64,000 nt of DNA from an uncultured Chlamydiae bacterium (GCA_963730605.1 CAVSSM010000002.1:256001-320000); one strand, 5' to 3'; counted from the first letter of the stretch, positions 9,915 to 19,580 are shown. Program-made: numbers and translations. The notes: generated from the letters alone by a model not told the origin.

Positions 9915-11192
9915 ATGCCGAAAGAAATTGAAGCTCAGGCAAATGAACCCAAAACTCAGGTTACTAGTGGGATGAAGTACCTCCTTCTCATCATTGTGAT
10001 CTTTATTGCCGCCTGCATTGAGACTGATATTTACCTACCGGCTTTTCCCGATATGATGGCCTACTTTAAAACGACCGAAGCAGAAATCCAACGCCTCCTC
10101 ACCTGGAACTTTGTCGGCATCTGCCTCTCTGGCCCCTTGTACGGCCCCATTTCCGATTCCTTTGGCCGAAAAAAACCTCTCTTGGCCGCGTTAGGACTCT
10201 TTTTGATCGGAAGCCTTCTGACTGTATTCGCGCAAAGTTTTAGCCAAATGCTGCTCGGGCGCTTGCTCCAGGGATTGGGCAGCGGCGGCTGTTTTACCCT
10301 GGGCACGGCGATCCTCTTTGACGCTTTCCGCGCCGAAAAAGCGATCAAGGCCCTCAATCAGCTCAATTTAATCATCCCCTTCATTATGGCCCTTGCTCCG
10401 ATGCTCGGCGGCGCTCTCAACCATCTCTTCGGCTTCCGCTCGAACTTTTTAGCCATCGCCCTCTTTGTCCTATTGAGTTTGGCGATTTGTTTACTCTATT
10501 TCGACGAGAGTTTGCCTCGGGAAAAAAGATCCCCCTTTCAAGTAAGGAAGGTCTTGAGAGATTTTAAAGAGGCTTTTACGTGCCTGCCTTTTTGGCAGTT
10601 GACCGTGATCATGAGCTTTATGTTCGCAGGCTATCTGGCATTTCTCTCAGGCACTTCAGTTCTATTCGTTGTCGAATTTGGGTTAGCCAAGACCTTATTC
10701 CCCTTTTTCCAAGCTGCCATTCTCTTTGCTTGGCTGATTGCAAGTCTCACATGCATGCGGGCCATTGCCCGTTTTGGCATCCAAAGGCTCAAACAAGTTG
10801 GGACAGCCTTCATCGTAATAGGAGGGCTTGGATTGGCCTTAAGCGCTATTTTAGCGCCTATCAACCCCTATTTTTCTACTGCTGCCATGCTCTTCTACAC
10901 CTTCGGCTGCAATTGGACGATCTCGTTTTATTTTCCGGAAGGAATGGAACTGCTTCCCCATATCAAGGGGGTTACCGCAAGCCTTATGACGAGCGCGCGC
11001 CTTCTTTTTGCCGCCTTGATCGTGGGATTGGCCAGCCACCTCTACGATGGAACGATTTTCCCCATCGTCTGGGTCATCCTGGGAATCTTGGGCGTGATTC
11101 TTCCCACCATTCTCTTCTATGAGCGGTGGCGCAAGACCCAACCAATGGCGAGCCAAGCTGAAATTCCCTCACATGCGCCAAATCACCCGTGA
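9915..11192 (+). CDS. Bcr/CflA-type DHA1 MFS transporter
   Basis: TDIYLPAFP and GPISDSFGRK motifs; 12 TM. Confidence 0.9.
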   Translation: MPKEIEAQANEPKTQVTSGMKYLLLIIVIFIAACIETDIYLPAFPDMMAYFKTTEAEIQRLLTWNFVGICLSGPLYGPISDSFGRKKPLLAALGLFLIGSLLTVFAQSFSQMLLGRLLQGLGSGGCFTLGTAILFDAFRAEKAIKALNQLNLIIPFIMALAPMLGGALNHLFGFRSNFLAIALFVLLSLAICLLYFDESLPREKRSPFQVRKVLRDFKEAFTCLPFWQLTVIMSFMFAGYLAFLSGTSVLFVVEFGLAKTLFPFFQAAILFAWLIASLTCMRAIARFGIQRLKQVGTAFIVIGGLGLALSAILAPINPYFSTAAMLFYTFGCNWTISFYFPEGMELLPHIKGVTASLMTSARLLFAALIVGLASHLYDGTIFPIVWVILGILGVILPTILFYERWRKTQPMASQAEIPSHAPNHP

Positions 11193-11197
11193 TGATT

Positions 11198-11515
11198 TTA
11201 CTCGTGGGCGATCTTTAAAATGATGATGCAAGCAATAATTAACAGAATGCAACCAACCCGGATTGGACCGTGCGATTCCCCTAAAAAGAACATGCCAAAT
11301 AACAGAGTCCCACATGCCCCGATCCCAGTCCAAACCGCATACCCGGTGCCCACTGGAATCGTGCGCAAAGCATAACTCAGTAAAACAAAGCTAACAGCCA
11401 TGGCAGCTCCTGTAAAAATGCTCGGCACTAACTTGGTGAACCCTTCAGTAAATTTAAGTCCAACAGCCCAACCGATTTCGAAAAAACCTGCTATGATAAG
11501 AGCGAACCAATGCAT
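11198..11515 (-). CDS. sugE: SMR-family exporter (SugE/Gdx-like)
   Basis: AGFFEIGWAVGLK and GTGYAVWTGIG motifs. Confidence 0.9.
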   Translation of the reverse strand: MHWFALIIAGFFEIGWAVGLKFTEGFTKLVPSIFTGAAMAVSFVLLSYALRTIPVGTGYAVWTGIGACGTLLFGMFFLGESHGPIRVGCILLIIACIIILKIAHE

Positions 11516-11569
11516 TTATTCTTCCTTTGCATAACGACCAATCATAGTAACATATTGGTTGAAAAAATT

Positions 11570-11770
11570 TATACTCAAAGAATATGAAGAATCGGGAATA
11601 TAGCAAGGCTGCGGACACTTGAAAAAGCTCGGGGGTTCGAGCTTTTTCTAAGGAAAGCAGCCCAGAATTTGAGCCAGGCTTTGCCGGCGCCGGGTCCGGG
11701 GTCCCCAAAAACGCATCGTTTTTGGGGTGGGGCGCCGCCAGAAACCGATTCTTCATGTTATTTGAGTATA
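11570..11770. mobile_element. TA-flanked MITE-like element
   Basis: TATACTCAAAGAATATGAAGAATCGG ... CCGATTCTTCATGTTATTTGAGTATA TIRs. Confidence 0.85.
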
Positions 11771-12015
11771 AGTGGTAAATTAGGCAAGCTGAATAGAGAG
11801 GGAACTTTTTGAAGAAATTCACATGCAACAGGGAAACTCTTTCTTTTCGAGAGGAGCCAGAAGATCTCCTGTACCACGAAAGAGGTTGTGTTCCATTTCA
11901 GATCTTTGATCCTTTCTAACGTCTCAATGGCATCCGCATGATGCTCATCGTCAGCGTTAAACACCGCGACCATGAACCCAGTATCGATGAGAATCTTTTT
12001 TGAGAATGCGAACAC
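11758..12015 (-). pseudogene. PIN-domain (VapC-like) toxin, truncated at the MITE
   Basis: ILIDTG..D..H and TTSFVVQE motifs; only 85 aa, stop codon lies in the MITE TIR. Confidence 0.75.
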
Positions 12016-12024
12016 GGAACAGCA

Positions 12025-12276
12025 CTACTCTTTGTGCAAGAGATCTTTGTAATTCGTGCTGGTAACTCCCGTTCCCGTCAGACATCCTATTAAGCCGGAT
12101 TTCTCCAAAATAGAGATTTTGGACATCGCAGTCCTTTTAGGTCTGCGACGCATTACCGCCTTCTTTTTTATCCTTCGAGCAGCTCTTTTCTTCGATCGAA
12201 CCGCTCTCTTCTTATTACGCACAGTCATATCATGCTCACTTACAATGATTATTCGAGAAAAGCTCTCAGCCCTCAA
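12025..12276 (-). CDS. Small Arg/Lys-rich protein, probable antitoxin partner
   Basis: Immediately upstream of the PIN gene on the same strand. Confidence 0.5.
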   Translation of the reverse strand: MRAESFSRIIIVSEHDMTVRNKKRAVRSKKRAARRIKKKAVMRRRPKRTAMSKISILEKSGLIGCLTGTGVTSTNYKDLLHKE

Positions 12277-12361
12277 CGGGCATTATTTCCATGAGACTGC
12301 CTATCATAGCAGGCAGCAACAACAAATGGCACTCTAAAATGGGAGCGTCTGCCATTTGGAA

Positions 12362-13013
12362 TCAAAAAACCTCCAAATCAAGAACATCCAACTTCCCATC
12401 ACCGTTTAGATCAGTAGCAGACAAAGTGCCCTTGTTTTCATGAATTTCATAGAGCAATTTAAGATATTTACCAGCCACTAAACGCGGCAGCTCATCTTTG
12501 CGCTCTATCCCGTACCATTCATAGATCCCTTTGCTACCTTTTGAAGAGTTGCATCGACGACATGCCCAAACATGATTTTCAGCCGTATCCGTGCCATTTT
12601 TCACACGAGGAACAAGATGATCCCATGAGAGATTCTCTGTCGATCTACAATATTCGCAGCAAATTCCATCACATGACATCTGCATTTTTAGTTCTCTCAG
12701 AGCTGCGCTCATTTTTATCTCTCCAGACGCGAGCATTGTCATCTTGCTCATGATGAATCCATGACCATGAATCCCGGAGGATGCAGCAATGATCTTTGCG
12801 TACTGGTAAAAGATCAGATCTTTGATATACCGCGCCCGCTTAGGTTGTGTGAATTTTGACAGCAGATTTTTGGCTCCAGTAGCATTGCGGAGATCGAGTC
12901 CAACTTGCACAATGTTAACGAGATCGAGCAATGCGCTGGAGCAAAAAAGATGCTCAACAAAATTCACTCAAGATAAGCGGGCGCGGTATAGTTTTAACGG
13001 CTGAAGGAGGCAT
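12362..13013 (-). CDS. HNH endonuclease-family protein, 5' end interrupted by a MITE
   Basis: CEYC..DHLVPR...N...CRRCNSSKG; removing 12826-12990 (leaving one TA) gives MPPSAVKTIKDLIFYQYAK. Confidence 0.85.
12826..12990. mobile_element. TA-flanked MITE-like element
   Basis: TATACCGCGCCCGCTTA..GTGAATTTTG / CAAAATTCAC..TAAGCGGGCGCGGTATA TIRs. Confidence 0.9.
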
Positions 13014-13612
13014 TATCCCCTGACAGTTACGTTCAATTTTTTCGGCTGGTTCGTCTCTTGGTCAACTAGCGTAATGGTAAAAGTAGGTTGATATTCATTC
13101 ACAGGGACGAAAAGCAGCTTATTGAAATGAGAATGGCGAAAAATAATCTGATCGCGCGCTACTTTCGCACTGAAATCATTATCTAAAGCTTCATTTGCTT
13201 TAGCAGATTTTACACCATCAACAATGGCTGGAATAGCTAAAGGCCATAGAAAAAGAGCCCCGACACCGTAACCAGTTGCCCTTCCAACAGTCGATGTGTG
13301 AACTTTATCCGCTACCTCTTCTGGTGTAGCAAAGGACACACTAACTCGATTTAAAGCAAAGAGGTAATCTTTTTCAGAGCTATTTTGAATGTATAACTGA
13401 ACGGGCTGATATCCTTCTGCAATTACATCTCTATCCAAATACTTTTTACAGTCAGCCTTGTTGAAGGCCTTAGCTCCGATAAAAACGCTGCCTGCGCCAA
13501 TGATGATTTCAGAAGCAAGGCTGTTTAATGGTGATGCACTGTAGCTTGCGCATCCTGACAGAAGGAGAAGCATTGCTAAAACTGCAATAAAAGGCAGAGA
13601 AATTTTACTCAT
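13013..13612 (-). CDS. Hypothetical lipoprotein
   Basis: Lipobox LLSGC and a GGAG RBS. Confidence 0.8.
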   Translation of the reverse strand: MSKISLPFIAVLAMLLLLSGCASYSASPLNSLASEIIIGAGSVFIGAKAFNKADCKKYLDRDVIAEGYQPVQLYIQNSSEKDYLFALNRVSVSFATPEEVADKVHTSTVGRATGYGVGALFLWPLAIPAIVDGVKSAKANEALDNDFSAKVARDQIIFRHSHFNKLLFVPVNEYQPTFTITLVDQETNQPKKLNVTVRG

Positions 13613-13872
13613 AAGACTCCATAAAATAATGAAAGACTGAATGATTCTAAACAAAAACAAAAAAGATGATCAACTCAAATAAATTATTTCCATTTGAACT
13701 ATTTCCATTTTTGAAACAGTTGCTTCCAGGATGAGTTTCTGGCTTATTTTTTAAATGCCTTGAGAGCAGAAGGACCTGGGACGCCCTCTCGCAGCGCTCC
13801 GCGCTTGCTGCCGGGCCGGCGATCTAGCGCCCTGCAGGGCGCTTCGATTCGAGTCCTCCACGGAAGCCGCGC

Positions 13873-13923
13873 AGGGGGCGGGCGGACTAGAACCGCCGAA
13901 GACCGAAGTCGGGGGATTTACAG
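13873..13923 (-). other. Diverged att copy: 3' half of tRNA-Tyr
   Basis: 44/51 identical to 24311-24361, ending at the anticodon loop; adjacent to a degenerate copy of the 184-bp unit (about 13780-13872). Confidence 0.85.
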
Positions 13924-14175
13924 ACGGATGGAATACAATCTCAACCAATGATTATTCACGCTTATCAACTTGAAAATCAGAATATTGATCACAATAAAGA
14001 GTTGACGACTATTGTTAAAAATTGGGTAAAATAATCTATTGCTGTCCCATTTTTGTCCCACCAGCCCCTGACCTCTCCCTCTTGCTAGGCCCAAGATTCC
14101 AAAGGAAATTTTGCGCATAGCATTTACACAAAAACTCTAAATGAACTAGACTAATGACTAGTCAGACCAGACCAG

Positions 14176-14478
14176 GTGAATATGAAAACTAAACCTTGCT
14201 CAAGAAGAAGGCTTAGCCATCGCAAGAGACATAAAAAATGGCAAGTCCAGGAAGCAAAATCAAAGTTTTCTCAATTGATCAAGGAAACAGCTTCTTCTGG
14301 ATACCAAACAATTACAAAAAATGGCGAAACTGTTGCCTATGTTGTTTCTAAAGAAGACTTTGAGATGTATTTGAAGCCTCAGAAATCGCTTCTTGAAGTT
14401 TTAGACCAATGCCCGTACCCAGAAGTCGATTTCGATACCAAGCGAAGAACGGATACGATTAGGGAAATCGATTTATGA
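14176..14478 (+). CDS. Phd/YefM-family antitoxin
   Basis: WQVQEAKSKFSQLI...QTITKNG; overlaps the toxin start. Confidence 0.9.
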   Translation: MNMKTKPCSRRRLSHRKRHKKWQVQEAKSKFSQLIKETASSGYQTITKNGETVAYVVSKEDFEMYLKPQKSLLEVLDQCPYPEVDFDTKRRTDTIREIDL

Positions 14479-14915
14479 CCTATCTACTCGATACATGTAC
14501 GATTTCTACCCTGAGAAAGAAAGGAACTTCTGAAGGAAAGAAATTAAGAGAGTGGGTATCAAGGATGGAAGATCGTTTTTTTTTCATAAGCGTTTTGACA
14601 ATTGGCGAACTCCTATTCGGAATTTCCAAATTGAGTGAAAAAGAAGAGAAAATAAAAAACGCTTTGCAAAATTGGCTCGTGGGCGACCTCATCCCTAGTT
14701 TCGGAAATAGAATTTTGTCTATCGATCAACAAATTTGCTCTATTTGGGGTGATATGACCGCTCAGGCGGCTAAAAAGGGAGTTATTCTCCCAATGGGCGA
14801 TGCCCTAATTGCTGCAACTGCGATCAAATATGATCTGATTGTCATCACCCAAAACACCAAACACTTCAAATCTTCTGGAGCTCGTCTTTTCGATCCTCTC
14901 ATCCACCATCCATAG
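14475..14915 (+). CDS. vapC: VapC PIN toxin
   Basis: YLLDT, SVLTIGEL, DALIAATA and TQNTKHF motifs. Confidence 0.92.
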   Translation: MTYLLDTCTISTLRKKGTSEGKKLREWVSRMEDRFFFISVLTIGELLFGISKLSEKEEKIKNALQNWLVGDLIPSFGNRILSIDQQICSIWGDMTAQAAKKGVILPMGDALIAATAIKYDLIVITQNTKHFKSSGARLFDPLIHHP

Positions 14916-15041
14916 AAGTTCATGCGGAATTTGATACGCTTGAAGAGGACTTTCTGGCCGCGCTTGTCCACGATTTAGTAGAGGATGTTCAGCCTTCACC
15001 AGCGATCGGACAGGTTCTTTTGAGCGATCTCAAGATCGGTC

Positions 15042-15305
15042 TTATTCATCAACCCTTTCGTTCAGAGGATCAGTGCCCTCGGCGATCGACAGCATCTCAT
15101 AAACCTTCTCGCTGATGGCCTCTATTCCGTAGGCCCATGAGCGGAGAATATCTTCTTTTTCATCATCGGTCTTCGTCTGGAACCAATCCCACGTATCTTT
15201 TGGACGAAGAGGGCGAAAACGTCCTTCACCAGCAAATAGCTCCTGTTCTAGAAGATTTTGTAGCAGCACGGCAAGCCTGCCGAGATCCTCAATTCGTTGT
15301 CGCAT
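15042..15305 (-). CDS. Hypothetical protein
   Basis: 87-aa ORF with an AGGAG RBS. Confidence 0.55.
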   Translation of the reverse strand: MRQRIEDLGRLAVLLQNLLEQELFAGEGRFRPLRPKDTWDWFQTKTDDEKEDILRSWAYGIEAISEKVYEMLSIAEGTDPLNERVDE

Positions 15306-15452
15306 CGTCGTCGACTCCTAGGGTGATAACGTTAATGCGTGGATTCACGAGTTCCCTCGTTTTAGCGTCTTTATGGGACCTTTCCAAGCGGGTTTCAATT
15401 TTCTTGTGGCCTCATTCTTCGCAATGGGCATAAGACCGTCCCAATGGTCTTT

Positions 15453-16715
15453 ATATTTGTTCAGGGGGTATAGCAGGGCTGGCTAAAAATGGTGGGGGCC
15501 GACGAACCTGTTTTCCAGGCGCCTAGGGCTTCCACAAGATAATCTAAACATTTCTTCCCCTGATGCTTCAGGGTAGTTACAACAGTATTGGTCCTCTCGA
15601 TGAACCGATCGCCACGTTCGCTTTTGGAACCGTAGCTAACTCTACGGGTAATCACGATCCCTCTTAGATCCCTTTCAGCCTGATTGTTCGTTGGCTCTAC
15701 GCCATCTCGAGTGGCAAAAATCCACAGATTTTGCGCCCTCCGCAAGAGAGCTCGGGCGAACCGTTTGAGGGAGGCGCTATGCTTGCCTTTCGTAGATGCA
15801 ACCAGTAGCCCATATGCAAAATCATCTCGGTACTGCCTGCTTTTGCGTCTAAATGAACGCCGGCTTCTCCGTTTTTCCCGGTAGTCTCGCCAGAGTTCGA
15901 AGATCGTTTTGAGATATTCTAGCATCACTTGGCCCCACTCGCCATCGAGACCTGCTCGCTCGGCAAAACGCTTTATGTCCCGTTTGAGATGAGCAAGACA
16001 GAACTGATGTGGCCACTGGAAGCGATAAATTGCTAACCTGTCAGTAACGAAGGCTACACGTTTTGTTGCAGTAGTGCCTAATAGGGCATCTCTGCATTCG
16101 GCTCCTCTCCCTTCCTGGATCTTGTACACGGCCCCGGATGCAGTGGACATAATCCATACAAATGCTCGTTTTCCCCAGCATTTCCAACCTGTTTCTTCAA
16201 CATGTTTTGTTTCGTTACTACCATGCACCTGCTTTTCGATCTCTTCGTACGATGGCTTAAGAGCGGCTGACATACGATTTTCTATATTGCTCTGGGTTCC
16301 AACTGCTGCTCGAAGATCGAGCCCTTCTTGCAGGATGCTTAATGCAATCCGACGGCTTAGTCGGCATGTACCAGTCAGGAACCCCATGAAGGCAGACAGT
16401 CGTGTTCCAAATGCCGATGGGCCGACATGGCTGGGAAGTGGGGCTACCCCATCTTTTTTCTTGGGGGCATCATTCTTGCCTTTTTGGTCCGTTGAGGGTG
16501 GCTTGGAACTGTTTTTGGAATTGAGGTTGATCTGTTCTTTCAAACGGGCATTTTCTTCACGTAGTCTGGAGTTTTCGACCTTGAGCGAGGCCACCTCACT
16601 ACGGAGCAATCGAATTTCTGTGAGCAGCTCTTCGTAACTGGCGTTCATGCTGTTCTAGCTTAGCATGTTGGCGAATATTCACCTAAAAAATTTGCTATAC
16701 CCCCTGAACAAATAC
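15453..16715 (-). mobile_element. IS66-family (single-ORF type) element, transposase 15461-16648, probably internally deleted
   Basis: 22-bp TIR TATTTGTTCAGGGGGTATAGCA; NSKNSSKPPS, QFCLAHLKR and PTNNQAERDLR motifs; Cys-rich zinc-binding segment missing. Confidence 0.88.
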
Positions 16716-16860
16716 AGACGACCAGTTAAAACTCTAGGCTTGGTAGAGGGGTACATATCGAGGATGTGTTGGATATTACTGTCCCATGAGAGATCCCTTG
16801 GGAGCTTAAAATATACCGAATTTTATCGCGAATTTCGGCCCGTTTTTTCATAGGGAATTT

Positions 16861-17412
16861 GGGGGCGGCCAGACGCCCTCGCGCTGAGCTGCTTCGCAGC
16901 TCATGCTGCCGGGCCGGCGATCCCCCGCGGTTTTTGCAGAGCAAAAAACATCGACGGGGGATTCGAGTCCGCCACGCGACACGCGCAGGCGTGTCGCTCG
17001 CCCCCAAAAAGCAAAAAGCCCCGCGTGAAGCGGGGCTGCTTTTTGGGGGCGGCCAGACGCCCTCGCGCTGAGCTGCTTCGCAGCTCATGCTGCCGGGCCG
17101 GCGATCCCCCGCGGTTTTTGCAGAGCAAAAAACATCGACGGGGGATTCGAGTCCGCCACGCGACACGCGCAGGCGTGTCGCTCGCCCCCAAAAAGCAAAA
17201 AGCCCCGCGTGAAGCGGGGCTGCTTTTTGGGGGCGGCCAGACGCCCTCGCGCTGAGCTGCTTCGCAGCTCATGCTGCCGGGCCGGCGATCCCCCGCGGTT
17301 TTTGCAGAGCAAAAAACATCGACGGGGGATTCGAGTCCGCCACGCGACACGCGCAGGCGTGTCGCTCGCCCCCAAAAAGCAAAAAGCCCCGCGTGAAGCG
17401 GGGCTGCTTTTT
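16861..17412 (-). repeat. Three tandem 184-bp tRNA-linked repeats
   Basis: Units start at 16861, 17045 and 17229; each has the last 15 nt of tRNA-Tyr and a GC hairpin flanked by A/T tracts. Confidence 0.95.
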
Positions 17413-17465
17413 GGGGGCGGCCAGACTCGAACTGGCGGAGACCGAAGTCGGGGGATTTACAGTCC
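17412..17465 (-). other. att copy: 3' half of tRNA-Tyr
   Basis: 54 bp identical to 24311-24364. Confidence 0.95.
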
Positions 17466-17719
17466 GCCTAAATCCAATTTAACCCCATCCCTACCAATAC
17501 ATATCAACATAACAATCAGAATCTTGCAGCATTTCTTGGGCTGTTAAAAATTGTTTTGAATTGGTAGCTATTGAACCCTGCTGTCCCACCAATGCCCCGT
17601 GACGCTATTAAAGAAGACTTGAATAACAAGCCCTTTTACGTTACCCTTATTGAAGAAAACTTGAATAACGCTCGATTTTCCAAGCCGTTATTCTCGGATG
17701 CTTGAATAAGGAGCTCTGC

Positions 17720-18853
17720 ATGAGAAGCGGCAGATACATTACACAGCCCAACCAGTATAAAGCATTCATTCCAACAGACCTTCCTCCCGAGCCCCCCATC
17801 CGGATAGAAGGAGAAATGCACGGCCTCCTCACCGACGCCAACATTGCCATTGGAAAACTAGACACCATGGGCTATTTGGCACCGAATCTAAGCCACATCA
17901 TCGCCATGTACGTCCGCAAAGAAGCACTCCTCAGCTCTCAAATCGAAGGAACGCAAGCCTCCTTCGAGGATATTTTTGAATACGAAAGCCAAATCCCCGT
18001 GAAAAACGTGAATGACGTCGAAGAGGTCGTCAATTACATCAAAGCTCTGAACCACGGTATGCAAAGACTCAACGACTTCCCTATGAGCATACGTCTCATT
18101 AAAGAAATTCACGCCATCCTCTTGGAAGGAGTGCGCGGAAAAGACAAAACACCGGGCGAATTCAAAAAAAGCCAAAATTGGATTGGTCCAGCCGGGTCCA
18201 CTCCAAGCACAGCTTCTTTCATTCCGCCACCACCAAAAGAGGCGATGGATGCCATGGGACAACTTGAGCTTTTTCTACACAAAAATTCCAGTATTCCACT
18301 ACTGATCAGCTGTGCGCTTATCCATTACCAGTTTGAGACAATCCATCCCTTTCTCGATGGCAACGGCAGGTTGGGCAGGCTCCTAATCACCTTCTATCTC
18401 TATTGGAAAAAGGCTCTTCAACATCCTACGCTCTACCTCAGTTACTATTTCAAAATACATCGCCAAGAGTACTACGACCGCCTCAACCTCGTCCGCGCCA
18501 AAGGCGATTATGAGCAATGGGTCACCTTCTTTCTCCAAGGCGTCATTTGGACTTCCAACTCCGCCCTACAAACCATCAAAACCGCCCTCCAGCTCCAAGA
18601 AACCCACAAAAAGCGACTCATCACAGCCAAACTCTCTACCCCCTACGCTATTGCCCTCCTTGATTATCTCTTTGAAAAACCCCACCTTTCCATAAAAGAC
18701 GCAGCCACCCACCTCAAAACCTCTTATCAAAGCGCAAAAACGCTCATGCAGCAACTTGTCTCTCTCGAAATCCTCAAAGAAATCACTGGTAAACGCCGCG
18801 ACAAACGCTATAGCTATTGGGAATATTTAGACCTGCTGTCAGAAGGGACATGA
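17720..18853 (+). CDS. Fic-family protein with a C-terminal HTH-like region
   Basis: HPFLDGNGRLGR motif, EALLSSQIEG, AAGGAG RBS. Confidence 0.93.
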   Translation: MRSGRYITQPNQYKAFIPTDLPPEPPIRIEGEMHGLLTDANIAIGKLDTMGYLAPNLSHIIAMYVRKEALLSSQIEGTQASFEDIFEYESQIPVKNVNDVEEVVNYIKALNHGMQRLNDFPMSIRLIKEIHAILLEGVRGKDKTPGEFKKSQNWIGPAGSTPSTASFIPPPPKEAMDAMGQLELFLHKNSSIPLLISCALIHYQFETIHPFLDGNGRLGRLLITFYLYWKKALQHPTLYLSYYFKIHRQEYYDRLNLVRAKGDYEQWVTFFLQGVIWTSNSALQTIKTALQLQETHKKRLITAKLSTPYAIALLDYLFEKPHLSIKDAATHLKTSYQSAKTLMQQLVSLEILKEITGKRRDKRYSYWEYLDLLSEGT

Positions 18854-19015
18854 ACAGGTTTCTTTTGCTGTCCAATGAATCACAAACTCCGTTTTCCTAG
18901 CTTAGCAGCGCGAAGGCAGCCGATCCGGTTGCTAGTCCGGCATAGCTAAGAGCGCGCGCAGGCGTGTCGCTCGCCCCAAAAAGCAAAAAGCCCCGCGTGA
19001 AGCGGGGCTGCTTTT

Positions 19016-19066
19016 TGGGGGCGGCCAGACTCGAACTGGCGGAGACCGAAGTCGGGGGATTTACAG
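19016..19066 (-). other. att copy (attR of the integrase island): 3' half of tRNA-Tyr
   Basis: 51 bp identical to 24311-24361; followed on the minus strand by the terminator hairpin of the 184-bp unit (about 18955-19015). Confidence 0.95.
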
Positions 19067-19580
19067 GCGCGTTACATTCTGAGTTTGCCAACACGAGGAA
19101 AATGATAGCAATAAGAGAATTAAAAGTTTAGGTTTCTCTGATGTTTGCTGATTTTTGCTATCCATTCTGATTTGAGCGTATCCCTTGCACTAAAATTGCA
19201 CCGCGGCTCTCGATAGGTCTGCTGATTCCTTCAATGGGAGCCAAGGAGAATGAGACAATCAGAAGACATAAATCTGAAATTGAAGCAGATCACGAGGATT
19301 TTCAGTCCTCCTAAGCCGCTTCCGGCCGTTGCCTTCAAATTCCTTCAATCAACCAAAACAGCCAAATTCTATAGGAGAAGTCGGATGGAAAGCGAGAAAT
19401 TCCGATAATCGAAGCTGATCCCGAACTAGTAAAGGGAATTGGCAATTCCGGCATTTTTCCGGGAAGAACAGCCTTTTCCTTAATCCTAGGGATATAAGAG
19501 GTCACTTTTCATTGATGCACCATTTGAAAAAAAAGTTTATCAGTATACATAAATTACCAATATTGGTAATGATGTATTGC

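Noticed and set aside
11515..11570. Guanidine riboswitch upstream of sugE
   Set aside because: No paired ACGR-loop hairpins or other recognisable ykkC motif in the short leader.
16861..17412. CRISPR array
   Set aside because: The units are 184-bp identical tandem copies with no unique spacers, and there are no cas genes.
16726..17547. Repetitive ORFs on both strands
   Set aside because: By-products of the GC-rich tandem repeat.
17412..19066. Additional tRNA-Tyr genes
   Set aside because: They lack the 5' acceptor strand and D-arm; they are att duplications.
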